A DNA stretch of 64,000 nucleotides from an uncultured Verrucomicrobiae bacterium. Its GTDB lineage: Bacteria > Verrucomicrobiota > Verrucomicrobiia > Chthoniobacterales > UBA10450. The DNA is taken from assembly GCA_963834385.1 (NCBI GenBank), contig CAWIBO010000001.1:96001-160000 (forward strand). The letters run 5' to 3'. Of this stretch, positions 1-10,667 are shown piece by piece. Position 1 is the stretch's first letter, and each line of letters starts with the position of its first letter. The notes under the pieces were generated by a model, which saw nothing but the letters and a program-made list of their open reading frames with translations, did not search any database and was not told where the DNA came from. Both the position numbers and the translations under genes were made by a program.

Positions 1-347
1 CGATACGAGAGCGGGATATCCAGGTTTTCGTAAACGGTGAGATCGTCCAGCAGATGATATTGCTGAAAAACGAAACCGATCTGCTCGTTGCGCAAATTGG
101 TGCGCGCCTTCGGTTTCATCAGATGGACGGCCTCCTCGTTGAAGTAGTATTCGCCGCTCCAGGCCTGGTCGTGCAGGCCGAGGACATGCAGGAGGGACGA
201 CTTTCCTGCGCCCGACGGTCCCATGATGGAGACGAAATCGCCCTGCTCGATCCGGAGATTGATATCGCGCAGGACGTAAAAAAACTGTCCGTGCTCGAGA
301 GGATAACAGCGTTCGACGTGTTTAAGTTCGATCAGTGGCTTGGGCAT
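1..347 (-). CDS. ABC transporter ATP-binding protein, LolD/MacB type (partial, runs off window start)
   Basis: Not in the ORF track. Hand translation from ATG at 347 gives MPKPLIELKHVERCY..., Walker A GPSGAGKS and Q-loop IGFVFQQYHLL. Confidence 0.9.
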   Translation of the reverse strand, partial: MPKPLIELKHVERCYPLEHGQFFYVLRDINLRIEQGDFVSIMGPSGAGKSSLLHVLGLHDQAWSGEYYFNEEAVHLMKPKARTNLRNEQIGFVFQQYHLLDDLTVYENLDIPLSY

Positions 348-417
348 GACGTTGCTTGCGGAGAATGGCGCTCACCGCGCCAGCGCGACAGACGAAGCAC
401 CGGGAGAGCGCGCATCC

Positions 418-2835
418 TCATTGGGCCTGCGCGAGAGCTTCCATGGGATCGAGTTTAGCCGCGCGGCGCGCGGGCAAATAGCAGGCGGCAAAGGCAACGA
501 GGGCGAGGAGCAACGAAAGCGCCGCGAAGGTGAGCGGGTCGGCCGCCTGGACGCCATAAAGCAGGTGCGCAATCGTGCGCGTGAGAACGAGCGCGCCCGC
601 CAGGCCAACGGCGATGCCGACGAGCGCGAGCGTCATCCCTTCAGACACCACCAGGCGCAGAACGTGGGCCCTTTGCGCGCCCAGGGCCATGCGAATCCCA
701 ATCTCCCGGGTCCGTTGCGTGACGCTGTAGGCCATGACGCCATAGATGCCGACGGCGGCCAGCAGTAACGCGGCGCCGGCAAACACAGTGAAGAGTTGCA
801 TCGAGACACGGCGCGTGCCCAGCGAATTCCTGATCACATCATTAAAGGTGCGCACGCTGTAGAGGGGTTGATCTTTATCGAGCGCCTGCACTTCGCGGCG
901 CAGGGTGGCGGCGAACGCGGCGGGATCACCCGCGGTGCGGATAACGAGCCCCATGAAATTCCATGCCGGTTCCTGCGCGTGCGGAACGTAAATCTGCGCG
1001 CTGTTCTCGGCCTCGATCAGGCCCGGCTTGGTGTCTCCGACAACACCCACAATTTCGCGCAGGAATTCTTCGTCCCGCCAGATCTGGAGGCGTTGGCCAA
1101 CCGCCGCCGCGACGGAACCGAAGTGACGTTTCGCGAGCGATGCATTAACGATTGCGACCTTCGGCGCGTCCCCATTGTCCCTGACTTCGAAGAAACGACC
1201 GGCCAGCAGTGGAATTTGCATGGCGCGGAAGTATTGGCCCGTGATCGTCGAGTAGCTCGCGTCGGAGGCTTCATCCACCGTCAACGGACGTCCTTCCGGG
1301 ATGTAGGCACGCCCAATGGCATAGTTGCTGGCATAAAGCGGAAGATTGACGCCGCCGCCCACCGCCTGCACGCCCGGCAGGGCCTCGAGTCGCTCCACCA
1401 ATCGGCGGAAAAACTCGGGGCGCTGCTCCTCATTGTATTTCGCGCCCGGGAGTGCCAGGCACGCCATGAGGACGTTCTGCGGATTAAAGCCGGGGCGTAC
1501 TTCCTGCAACCGGATGAAACTCCGGATCAGCAGGCCGGCGCCCAGCAACAAGACGAGTGAGAGCGCGACTTCGCCAATAAGCAGCAGTGAGCGCGCGCGG
1601 GTGCGATGATGCATATCCCCGCCGCGTCCGCCGGCCTTGAGCGAGCTGCTGAGATCGAGCCGGGAGGCCTGCCACGCCGGCGCGAGCCCAAAGAGGAGGC
1701 CGGTCAGGGCGGTGACACCAAGGGCAAACAACAGCACGCGATAATCGATTCCCACCTCTTCAAGGCGCGGCGCGCCTTCCGGGAGCATCGGAACCAAAGC
1801 GTCGATCAACCAGACGCTAAGCAACAACCCGGCGAGGCCGCCCATGGCGGAGAGAAGCAGGCTCTCGGTGAGCAGCTGCCTGACGACGCGGGCGCGGGTC
1901 GCGCCCACGGCGGCACGGATCGCGATTTCCTTTTGCCGCGCCGCGCCGCGCGCGAGCAGCAGGTTGGCAACATTCGCACAGGCAATGAGCAGCACGGTTC
2001 CAACCGCGCCCAGCAGGGCCAGTAACGACGGCTTCACCTCGCGGACCAGCCGCTCATGCAAGGGCGAAAGCCTTGCCTCCCAGCCTTTGTTCGAGTCGGG
2101 AAATTGTTTCGCCAACCGCGCGTTGATCGCGCTCACCCGGGATTGCGCCTGCTTGAGGTCCACCCCCGGGTTGAGTCGCGCGATTACCGACCAGGATCGA
2201 TTTTCACGTGGCTCTTCGGAAAGTTCGACCCCGCTCGTAACCCAGACCTGGGTGCCAAACGGAAAGTCGAAGCCCGGCGGCATGACCCCAACCACGGTCA
2301 GCGGCCGCGCGTTGATTTGGACCTGTTGCCCGATGATGCCCGGATCGGAACCGAAGCGACGTTTCCACAAACCATGGCTGATGATCACAACCGTTTGCGC
2401 GCCCGGCTGATCTTCCTCCGGACGAAAGGCACGCCCGAGGAACGGCTGCACGCCCAATACATGGAAAAACGAATTCGTCACACCGGCGCGGGGCACACGC
2501 TCGGGTTCACCCCCTTCCGCGCCAATATTCGAGCTGGCGCTGTAGAAGGCCGCCATCGCGGAAAAGATATCGCTTTGCTGCGACCAATCGATGAAATCCA
2601 GGTAGGAGACGTTGCTGTCAGTTATGCTTTGCAAGGGATTCTGCCCTTCAAAATATAAGATTCGATCCGGTTCGGGGAACGCCAGCGGGCGCAGGAGGAC
2701 ACCGTTAACCAGACTGAAGATGGCGGTGTTGGCGCCGAGGCCGAGGGCGAGCGCGGTGATGGCGACGAGGCTGAAGCCTTTATGCTTCAGAAGCATGCGA
2801 AAGGCGTAGCGGAGATCGTAAAGAAGAACGCCCAT
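418..2835 (-). CDS. Duplicated MacB/FtsX-type ABC permease (ADOP-like), 805 aa
   Basis: DLRYAFRML start, [36 protein letters not shown] and a second EIGIRMALGA motif: two MacB-PCD+FtsX halves. Confidence 0.93.
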   Translation of the reverse strand: MGVLLYDLRYAFRMLLKHKGFSLVAITALALGLGANTAIFSLVNGVLLRPLAFPEPDRILYFEGQNPLQSITDSNVSYLDFIDWSQQSDIFSAMAAFYSASSNIGAEGGEPERVPRAGVTNSFFHVLGVQPFLGRAFRPEEDQPGAQTVVIISHGLWKRRFGSDPGIIGQQVQINARPLTVVGVMPPGFDFPFGTQVWVTSGVELSEEPRENRSWSVIARLNPGVDLKQAQSRVSAINARLAKQFPDSNKGWEARLSPLHERLVREVKPSLLALLGAVGTVLLIACANVANLLLARGAARQKEIAIRAAVGATRARVVRQLLTESLLLSAMGGLAGLLLSVWLIDALVPMLPEGAPRLEEVGIDYRVLLFALGVTALTGLLFGLAPAWQASRLDLSSSLKAGGRGGDMHHRTRARSLLLIGEVALSLVLLLGAGLLIRSFIRLQEVRPGFNPQNVLMACLALPGAKYNEEQRPEFFRRLVERLEALPGVQAVGGGVNLPLYASNYAIGRAYIPEGRPLTVDEASDASYSTITGQYFRAMQIPLLAGRFFEVRDNGDAPKVAIVNASLAKRHFGSVAAAVGQRLQIWRDEEFLREIVGVVGDTKPGLIEAENSAQIYVPHAQEPAWNFMGLVIRTAGDPAAFAATLRREVQALDKDQPLYSVRTFNDVIRNSLGTRRVSMQLFTVFAGAALLLAAVGIYGVMAYSVTQRTREIGIRMALGAQRAHVLRLVVSEGMTLALVGIAVGLAGALVLTRTIAHLLYGVQAADPLTFAALSLLLALVAFAACYLPARRAAKLDPMEALAQAQ

Positions 2836-2919
2836 GGTCTCAGGCTTAGGGCAGGAGGATCGTCACGGAATACCTCCGAAGGAGAAGGGTGAGCGACGAA
2901 GAGATGGTCTTTTCACTCA

Positions 2920-5373
2920 TCAGGCTTTGTGGGTGAGGGCAATCATCGGATCCGCCCTCGTGGCGCGGACGGCCGGGATGACGGTGGCCGCCAGAGCCAC
3001 GCCAGCGAGCGCGAGCGGGACAAGAACAAAGGTGGCAAGGTCGAGCGAGCTGACGCTAAAGAGAAGCGCTTGCAGGGAACGCGTCCCAGCCAGCGCAAGG
3101 AGGAGCCCCGCGATCGCTCCGAAGGCGATCAGACGGAGTCCCTGCCCGACGACCATGGCCATGATATCACTTCGTTGCGCCCCCAGGGCCATGCGCACCC
3201 CGATCTCGTGGGTGCGCTGAGCCACCAGCGAAGACATCACGCCATAGATCCCGACCGCAGCCAAAAGCAGCGCCAGTCCGGCAAATCCCGTGATCAGCAG
3301 CACCGAAAGACGCCGGGGCGCGACGGACTCAGCGATCACCGCGGCCAGCGGCCGGATCTTCGCAACCGGTTGGTCCTGGTCGAAGGAAAGCACTTCCTGC
3401 CGGACGGGTGCAGCCAGGCTCATGGGAGCTGGCGTGGTCCGCAGGGCCAGGATCATCTGGCGATAAGGCAGCTGCGCATGGGGCACGTAAAATTCCGGCT
3501 GAGGCGGCTCGTCCAGGGCGCGATGTCGGACGTCCCCGACCACGCCCACCACCGTCATCCACTTCTCATCCTTCGGATCTTCAATCGTCATTCTCTTCCC
3601 AAGCGGCTCCTCGTTCGGCCAGTACTTCCGGGCCAGCGCCTGGTTGATAATGACCACGCCGGGCGCCTCCGCCGTGTCCGATTGATCGAAGAAACGGCCC
3701 TTGCTCAGGGGGATCTGCATCGCCTTGAAGTAATCAGGCGTGACCGAGCGAATCTGCTCGTCCGGGTGCGGCTCGGAGGGACCGTAGTGGCGGCCCTCGA
3801 TGTCGAAGGAGTTGTCCGAGCTCGACCCGCTCAAGGGGAGGATGGAGGCAAACGCGGCCGCCTCCACCCCGGGCAGGGCGGAAAGCCGGCGGGTCATCTC
3901 CCCGTAAAAATCGATCACCGGCCGGCCCCGCTCGTATTTTGTGGGTGGCAGGAACAGTTCCATGGTCAGGACGCTGGCCGGGTTGAAACCGGGGCTGACG
4001 TTCTGCAGACGAATGAAACTCTTCAGCAGAAGACCGGCGCTGACGAGGAGAACAAGGGCGAGCGCGATCTCGGCCACGACCATGCCATTGCGGAGACGGT
4101 TGCGGCGGCGGCTCTCGGTGGAACCGCGGCCCCCTTCCTTCAAAGCCTCGGTCAGTTCGGGCCGGGCACTGGTCAGCGCCGGGAAAAGACCGAAGACAAT
4201 CCCGGTCACCGCCGAGATGGCCAGGGTGACGCCAAGCACGCGCCAGTCGAGATTCACCTCGGCCAGCCGCGGGAGACTTTGCGCACCCAGCGCCCGCAGC
4301 AGTTCAAGGCTCCACCAGGCGAGAAGGATGCCGGCGAGACCGCCTGCCACCGCCAGGACAACGCTCTCTGTCAGTAATTGTCGCAGCAGACGGAGCGGTC
4401 CGGCGCCAAGGGCAACGCGGATGGCCATTTCCCGTTCGCGCGACGCCGCGCGCGCGAGCAGCATCATGCTGAGATTGGCGCAGGCGATGAGCAACACCAG
4501 GCCGACGGCGGCGAGCACGATCAGGAGAGCCACGCGCACTCCGCCGACAACCTGTTCGCGCAAGGGGTAGAGGCGCCCGCCAAAGCTCGGCCCCGGCGGA
4601 TAATTTTGGGCGTACTCGCTTTTCCAGCGCTCCGTCAGCGCGTTCAGTTCCGCCTGCGCCTCCGCCATGGTCACCTCGGCGCGCAGACGCCCGATCAGGC
4701 CATGACTGCGCGACCCGCGCGATTTTCGTTCGCCTTCGGTGAAGGCAACCGGGCGCCAGATGTCCGCCGGATCGGAAGATCTCCCGGCCTCGACGCCATG
4801 CACCGGGAGCGGAAACTCAAACCCGGCCGGCATGATGCCGATGATTTCGCAGGGGCGTCCGTTCAAGGCGATACGGCGCCCGAGCAGGTCCGGATCGGAA
4901 TCAAAACGGGTGCGCCAGAGACGCTCGCTGATCACGACCACGTCGTTCCGTCCCTCGCCCATCTCTTCCGGCGCAAAGGCGCGCCCGCGGAGGGGACTGA
5001 CGCCAAGCACGGAGAACAGGCCGGGTGTAACCACGGCGCCTTCGATGCGCTCCGGCCGGTCGCCGTCGGTGAGGTTGAAGGAAGCAGTATCGAATGCGGC
5101 GATTCCCGCAAAACTGCGGAGGCGCTCCTCGTAATCGAGATATTCCGGGACGGAAACCGGAATCTGGTGCAACCCCTGCGCGGAAAAATGTTCCCAGAGC
5201 AGGACGAGGCGGCCCGGATCGCGAAACGGAAGCGGCCGGACGAGGATGCCATTGACGAGACTCAGGACGGCGGTGTTCGCGCCGATGGCGAGGGCCAGCG
5301 TCCCGATCGCCAGCAGGGTGAAGGTGGGCGACTTGGCGAGAACGCGCAGGGCGTATTGAATTTCCTTCAGCAT
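2920..5373 (-). CDS. Duplicated MacB/FtsX-type ABC permease (ADOP-like)
   Basis: Same motifs (IGANTAVLS, LLIACANL, EIGVRMALGA). Start moved to MLKEIQYALR at 5373 by analogy with the paralogs and to avoid overlap. Confidence 0.92.
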   Translation of the reverse strand: MLKEIQYALRVLAKSPTFTLLAIGTLALAIGANTAVLSLVNGILVRPLPFRDPGRLVLLWEHFSAQGLHQIPVSVPEYLDYEERLRSFAGIAAFDTASFNLTDGDRPERIEGAVVTPGLFSVLGVSPLRGRAFAPEEMGEGRNDVVVISERLWRTRFDSDPDLLGRRIALNGRPCEIIGIMPAGFEFPLPVHGVEAGRSSDPADIWRPVAFTEGERKSRGSRSHGLIGRLRAEVTMAEAQAELNALTERWKSEYAQNYPPGPSFGGRLYPLREQVVGGVRVALLIVLAAVGLVLLIACANLSMMLLARAASREREMAIRVALGAGPLRLLRQLLTESVVLAVAGGLAGILLAWWSLELLRALGAQSLPRLAEVNLDWRVLGVTLAISAVTGIVFGLFPALTSARPELTEALKEGGRGSTESRRRNRLRNGMVVAEIALALVLLVSAGLLLKSFIRLQNVSPGFNPASVLTMELFLPPTKYERGRPVIDFYGEMTRRLSALPGVEAAAFASILPLSGSSSDNSFDIEGRHYGPSEPHPDEQIRSVTPDYFKAMQIPLSKGRFFDQSDTAEAPGVVIINQALARKYWPNEEPLGKRMTIEDPKDEKWMTVVGVVGDVRHRALDEPPQPEFYVPHAQLPYRQMILALRTTPAPMSLAAPVRQEVLSFDQDQPVAKIRPLAAVIAESVAPRRLSVLLITGFAGLALLLAAVGIYGVMSSLVAQRTHEIGVRMALGAQRSDIMAMVVGQGLRLIAFGAIAGLLLALAGTRSLQALLFSVSSLDLATFVLVPLALAGVALAATVIPAVRATRADPMIALTHKA

Positions 5374-5401
5374 GGGCAGGGGCGGAACGGCAGGCGGGTT
5401 T

Positions 5402-7813
5402 TCATTCGTAACGAAGGGCCTCCGCCGGATCGAGTCGCAGGACCGTCCGGGCCGGCAGATAACAGGCGACCAGTCCAACCGCCAGCAGGAGGAGCGGCAC
5501 CAGGGCGAAACTGACCGGATCGTGCGCCGGGATTCCGTGCAGGCTGTCGTCGAGAAGCCGAACCAGGAAAAAGGCGCCAAAGAAGCCGATCATCAGCCCG
5601 AGCAGGATCAGGCGCACCCCATGGCCCGTGACCAGGCCGAGCACGTCGCGAGCCTGCGCCCCGAGGGCAATCCGCACCCCGATCTCTTGCGTCCGCTGCC
5701 GGACCGAATAGGCCATGACTCCGTAGAGCCCGAGCGAGGCCAGGAAAAGGGCGAGCCCGGCAAAAAGAACAAAAAGCGTCCCGAAAAAGCGGCGATCCCA
5801 GTAGGACTGCGCCACCACTTCCTCCATGGAAAGCACCCGGTAGATGGGAATGCCGTCATTCACGGAGAGGACGGCGTTCTGCGCCGCCTTCACCAAACTC
5901 ATTGGTTCGCCTTTCGTCCGCAGCAGCACCGACATGAAGGCGCTCGGCTTCTGGCTTTCCGGCATGTAGACCACCGGGAAATGCCGTTGCTTGGTCAGGC
6001 GTTCGTACTCCACCCGCCGCACCACGCCCACCACCGTGAGCCATTTCGGTTTTTCGCCCAGCTTGTCGAGGGTGCGCAAACGCTGTCCCACCGGGTCGAG
6101 CCCGGGAAACCAGGCGCGGGCCGCCACTTCGTCAATCATGACCACGGGAGGCGCCTCGGCTCCATCACTTTCGGAAAAGGCGCGGCCTCGCAGAAGCGGA
6201 ATGCGCGCGACCTCAAGGAAACCAGGCGTGATCGAGACGGCATGCGCGAGGCGCGCCTCCTGCAATTGCGTTGGTTCCGGCTCGCCAAAAAGACTGAACC
6301 CGCCCAGGCCCACATCGCCACTGGCCGGGAGCGAAGAAGTGGCTCCACTGCTTTCCACCCCGGGAATCCGTCGCAGGCGCGGCATCAGTTTCTCGAAAAA
6401 TCCGACGACGTCCCGCTGGTCCCGGTATTGCACCGGCGGAAGACCGACGCGGAAGGTGAGGGTGCTCGCCTCGTCGACGCCGATGTCCGCGTTCTGAAGC
6501 TTGAGAAAACTCCGCAGCATCAGACCGGCCCCGACCAGGAGGATCAGCGCGAGCGCCACTTCTGAAACCACCAGCGCATTGCGCACTCGCAGGCCCCGGG
6601 CGCCGCCGCTGCCGGCGCGGCCGCCTTCTTTCAGCGTCTCGACCAGATTCGGTCGCGACGCCTGCAGCGCCGGGAAAAGACCGAAGACGAGGCTGGAAAC
6701 AAACCCGGTGCCGAGCGCAAAAAGGATGACGCGCCAGTCCAGGTCGAAGTGAATGAAATACGGAATCTCGACCGGGATGGTGGCCACCATGAGGTCGACG
6801 CCCCAGACCGCCACGAGGATGCCGGCGGCACTGCCCGCGGCCCCGAGGACAAAGCTCTCGGCCAGCAAGTGGCGGATGATCTGGCGGCGACTGGCCCCGA
6901 GCGCGAGGCGCACCGCAATCTCCTTCGCGCGGGTGGCCCCCCGGGCGAGCAGGAGGTTGGCCACATTCGCGCAGGCGATCAGGTGCACGAAAATCACCGC
7001 CCCCATCATGAGCAGCACCAGGGCCCTGGTTTCCTCGGCCAGCTCGTCCCGGAGCAACTTCAAGCGCACGCCGCATCCGCTGTGCGTTGCCGGGAATGCC
7101 GCCGCCAGCCGACCGGCGATGGCCTCGAGTTCCGTGCGCCCTTCCTCCAGCGACACCCCCTTCTTCAGCCTGGCATAACCGCGCAGCGAAAAGTTCCCCC
7201 GCTGCAAATCCTTCTCCGAGGGCTGGAACGGCATCCAGATGTCCGACGTTTCCGGAAACCGGAAGCCCGCCGGCATCACTCCCACCACCGTGGCCTGTTT
7301 GCCGTTCACCGGGACCACCCGGCCAATCACGCCGGGCGAGCCGCCGAATTCCTTCTGCCAGACCTGGTAACCGAGCAACGCCACCGGGGGCGCTCCGGGC
7401 GCATCCTCGCCGGCACGAAAAGAGCGACCCAGGATGGGCTGGACACCGAGAAGGGAAAACAGGTTGGCCGAGACATGCGCGCCGAGATAACGCTGCGGGC
7501 GTTCGCCACTAATGATGTAGGTCGCCTCCTGTGCGCCCCCGACCCCTTCCAGGCTCCGGGCGGCCGCAAATTCCGGCATGTCAGCCAGGGAGAGACCGAG
7601 GTCATGTTCCCCCAGGCGGGGAAAATACTGGCTCAGATAAAGGATGCGGTGCTGGTCCTGCAGATGCGGGAGCGGGCGGAGCAGGATGGCGTTGACCGAG
7701 GAGAAAGTGGTCGTGCTGGCCCCGATCCCGAGGGCGAGGGCGAGGACCGCGATGGCGGTGAAGGCCGGCGTCTTCAACAGCATCCGGAAGGCGAAGCGAA
7801 GATCGCGGATCAT
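5402..7813 (-). CDS. Duplicated MacB/FtsX-type ABC permease (ADOP-like), 803 aa
   Basis: [36 protein letters not shown] and C-terminal DPAEALRYE. Confidence 0.93.
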   Translation of the reverse strand: MIRDLRFAFRMLLKTPAFTAIAVLALALGIGASTTTFSSVNAILLRPLPHLQDQHRILYLSQYFPRLGEHDLGLSLADMPEFAAARSLEGVGGAQEATYIISGERPQRYLGAHVSANLFSLLGVQPILGRSFRAGEDAPGAPPVALLGYQVWQKEFGGSPGVIGRVVPVNGKQATVVGVMPAGFRFPETSDIWMPFQPSEKDLQRGNFSLRGYARLKKGVSLEEGRTELEAIAGRLAAAFPATHSGCGVRLKLLRDELAEETRALVLLMMGAVIFVHLIACANVANLLLARGATRAKEIAVRLALGASRRQIIRHLLAESFVLGAAGSAAGILVAVWGVDLMVATIPVEIPYFIHFDLDWRVILFALGTGFVSSLVFGLFPALQASRPNLVETLKEGGRAGSGGARGLRVRNALVVSEVALALILLVGAGLMLRSFLKLQNADIGVDEASTLTFRVGLPPVQYRDQRDVVGFFEKLMPRLRRIPGVESSGATSSLPASGDVGLGGFSLFGEPEPTQLQEARLAHAVSITPGFLEVARIPLLRGRAFSESDGAEAPPVVMIDEVAARAWFPGLDPVGQRLRTLDKLGEKPKWLTVVGVVRRVEYERLTKQRHFPVVYMPESQKPSAFMSVLLRTKGEPMSLVKAAQNAVLSVNDGIPIYRVLSMEEVVAQSYWDRRFFGTLFVLFAGLALFLASLGLYGVMAYSVRQRTQEIGVRIALGAQARDVLGLVTGHGVRLILLGLMIGFFGAFFLVRLLDDSLHGIPAHDPVSFALVPLLLLAVGLVACYLPARTVLRLDPAEALRYE

Positions 7814-8004
7814 GGGAGGAGGGCGCCCGGGCGCGAATCCGCCGGGTTAAAATGGTGCGGGGTGAATCCGCGGTCTCCGTTTCGTTCCCCGGCCGCACGG
7901 AGACCGGGGAACGAACGGACCGACACAACCAGGTTGGCGGCGAGGAGAAGCCAGATCAGAAAAAGCACGCGCAGCGAAAGGCTGTCTTTCTCGTGCCGAT
8001 TCAT
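7810..8004 (-). CDS. Small hypothetical protein with one hydrophobic segment, 64 aa
   Basis: Fills the ATPase-permease gap on the operon strand; its stop overlaps the permease start (ATGA); segment [15 protein letters not shown]. Confidence 0.45.
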   Translation of the reverse strand: MNRHEKDSLSLRVLFLIWLLLAANLVVSVRSFPGLRAAGERNGDRGFTPHHFNPADSRPGALLP

Positions 8005-8028
8005 CGCGGGCTTCGCGCTCCCGAAATT

Positions 8029-8766
<738 letters not shown>

Positions 8767-8804
8767 ATCAGGGTTCTGGTTGGGTTTGGGTCTTGCGGGT
8801 TGAA

Positions 8805-10058
8805 TCAGTCGAGCTTGATGCGGTCGGAGGAATCGTAGGAACTGGTGTCGGACAGGATGACCTGGTCGCCCGGTTGCAGGCCGCTCTCGATTTCCACCGT
8901 GTTAACCGAGCTGCGACCCAGCTTCACCGGGGTGCGCACGGCCTCGGAACCGCCGGCGGGAATCTTGAAGAGTCCCACCGTGCTGTGCTCCTGCCCAAAG
9001 GCGGGGCGACCGACAAAAATAACATCGTCGAGTCGCTCGAGCTCGATGGTGCCGTCCACGCTCAGGTCGGGGCGGGCTCCCTTCGGGAGATCGCCATCCA
9101 GCGCCACGTCCACCTTGACGGTGCCCTGGTCGACCGCCGGGTCAACCCGCACCACATGTCCTTCGACCACGCCGTTGCGCGTATCGATGAAAGCCTTTTG
9201 GTTGATCTGCACATCCTTGGCCTGGGTCTCGGCGATCTTGATCTCCGCCTTTAATCTCGTGGGGTCGGCCACCCGTGCCAGGTTGGTGCCCGGCGCGACC
9301 CGTTGCCCGACTTCCACCGGCAGCTGTTGGAGCACTCCCTCCATCCCGGCGCGAACATGCAGCGCCTCGACCTGGTTCATTTTCAATTGCGCCAGCGCCT
9401 TGAGCTGATCCACCGCGGCCTGCTTCGACGCGATCTGCGGCTCGATCGATTCCTGGGCAAAGGCCAGTCGTTTCTGCTCGATCGCGGCCCGGTTGGCCAG
9501 TTCATCCGCCTTCACTTTCGCCGTCTTGTAGGTCAGTTCCGCCACCAGCCCGTTCTTTTTCAAATTCTCGTTCGTCTCCGTCTCCAGCCGCGCCTGCTGC
9601 CATTCCGAATGCACGCGTGCGGTGTTCGCCTCCTGCTCGAGCAGCTCGCGCTGCAAGCTCGCGCGCAGCGTCGTCAATTCCGACTCCGCCGCCTGCGCCT
9701 GGCTGACGGCATCGCGCGCTTCCTGCTCCAGCTCCGGGCTGCTCATCTCCAGCAGAATGGTGTCGGACTTCACCACCGCGCCCGGCCGGACGACGATCTT
9801 TTCCACCCGGCCTTCGTTGTTGGTCGCAATCCAGCGAATTTCCTCCGGCACGAGCGTGCCCAGACCGCGCACCTGCCGCAGCATCGGGCCCCGTTTCACC
9901 GTATCGATCCAGACGGTGGAACGGTCCACCGACGGCACCGCCGGCTTCAGGTTCGAAACCAGGATGGTGATGCCGACAAGCACGAGCAGGCCAATCCCGC
10001 CCATGATCAGGCGCCGGCGCCGCTTTTGCTTCGCCACGTTCAGCCGCGGAACATCCAT
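8805..10058 (-). CDS. Periplasmic adaptor/membrane fusion protein (HlyD/MacA family)
   Basis: Basic patch plus N-terminal TM, long helical hairpin, VRAGMEGVL lipoyl-like half and C-terminal GLQPGDQVI. Start placed at MDVPRLN; the ORF is open to 10145. Confidence 0.9.
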   Translation of the reverse strand: MDVPRLNVAKQKRRRRLIMGGIGLLVLVGITILVSNLKPAVPSVDRSTVWIDTVKRGPMLRQVRGLGTLVPEEIRWIATNNEGRVEKIVVRPGAVVKSDTILLEMSSPELEQEARDAVSQAQAAESELTTLRASLQRELLEQEANTARVHSEWQQARLETETNENLKKNGLVAELTYKTAKVKADELANRAAIEQKRLAFAQESIEPQIASKQAAVDQLKALAQLKMNQVEALHVRAGMEGVLQQLPVEVGQRVAPGTNLARVADPTRLKAEIKIAETQAKDVQINQKAFIDTRNGVVEGHVVRVDPAVDQGTVKVDVALDGDLPKGARPDLSVDGTIELERLDDVIFVGRPAFGQEHSTVGLFKIPAGGSEAVRTPVKLGRSSVNTVEIESGLQPGDQVILSDTSSYDSSDRIKLD

Positions 10059-10147
10059 CGAGGAAGAGCCTGGCGTAAAACCGGTCGGACGCACAATCGT
10101 GCTTTCCGGCTTCGTCTCCAACTCGCCTCGGGCCGGCAGGGACATGC

Positions 10148-10459
10148 TCAGATCGCGGAAACGGTTCGCAGGAAGTGCACCAGGCCAGAGGCCGCCTCGA
10201 GCACGGGCAGGGCGGAGGTGAGCACAATCACGGCGAAGAAGGCCAGTTCACCGCGAAAATTTCCCCTGGCCTCGTGCGCGAAGTACTCGCGGCTGATACC
10301 GTGAAAGGAAGGCCGAACACTTCCGCCAACGCGCGGTCCCAGCTCAAGCAGCTGGCCGGTTTGAAAATGAAAGTCGGTTTGGGGGAAACGCGCGCCAGCG
10401 ACGCCGGAATCTTCGGCGGCGTGGCGGGTGGTCGCGGGGAGGAATGATGTCGGTTTCAT
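10148..10459 (-). CDS. Small hypothetical membrane protein, first gene downstream of the sigma-54 promoter
   Basis: MKPTSF... with C-terminal hydrophobic LAFFAVIVLTSALPVL; lies on the operon strand between promoter and fusion protein. Confidence 0.6.
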   Translation of the reverse strand: MKPTSFLPATTRHAAEDSGVAGARFPQTDFHFQTGQLLELGPRVGGSVRPSFHGISREYFAHEARGNFRGELAFFAVIVLTSALPVLEAASGLVHFLRTVSAI

Positions 10460-10512
10460 AAGTGCGGGGGAGTCAGTCCCGTAACGGGACACGTTGAATT
10501 TCGCTCACCTAT

Positions 10513-10528
10513 TGCAAGGCCCATGCCA
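10513..10528 (-). promoter_or_regulatory. Sigma-54 (-24/-12) promoter
   Basis: Minus strand reads TGGCATG-GGCC-TTGCA against consensus TGGCACG-N4-TTGCW (one mismatch, correct spacing); a sigma-54 activator gene is nearby. Confidence 0.85.
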
Positions 10529-10604
10529 GCGGGTCGATATATGTTACAAATAACTTATCATAAGGTGTTTATGAAAGTCGCTCTTCCAGGGAGAGCCGTC
10601 ACTT

Positions 10605-10644
10605 TACGCCGGGAACGGGATCAGGCTGTCCCGGATCCGGGACA
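10605..10644. promoter_or_regulatory. Candidate tandem enhancer (UAS) sites for the NtrC-type regulator
   Basis: Perfect 18-bp palindrome TGTCCCGGATCCGGGACA at 10627-10644 and a degenerate copy TACGCCG-GGAA-CGGGATC at 10605-10622, offset 22 bp. Confidence 0.55.
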
Positions 10645-10667
10645 CCCCTTGGAGGGTGTTCCGCGGT

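Noticed and set aside
5374..5580. N-terminal extension of ORF 2920..5580 (likewise the extensions of mutS, ino1, iscA and the 18153 methyltransferase)
   Set aside because: Most overlap neighbouring real genes, and family-typical starts lie downstream in all cases.
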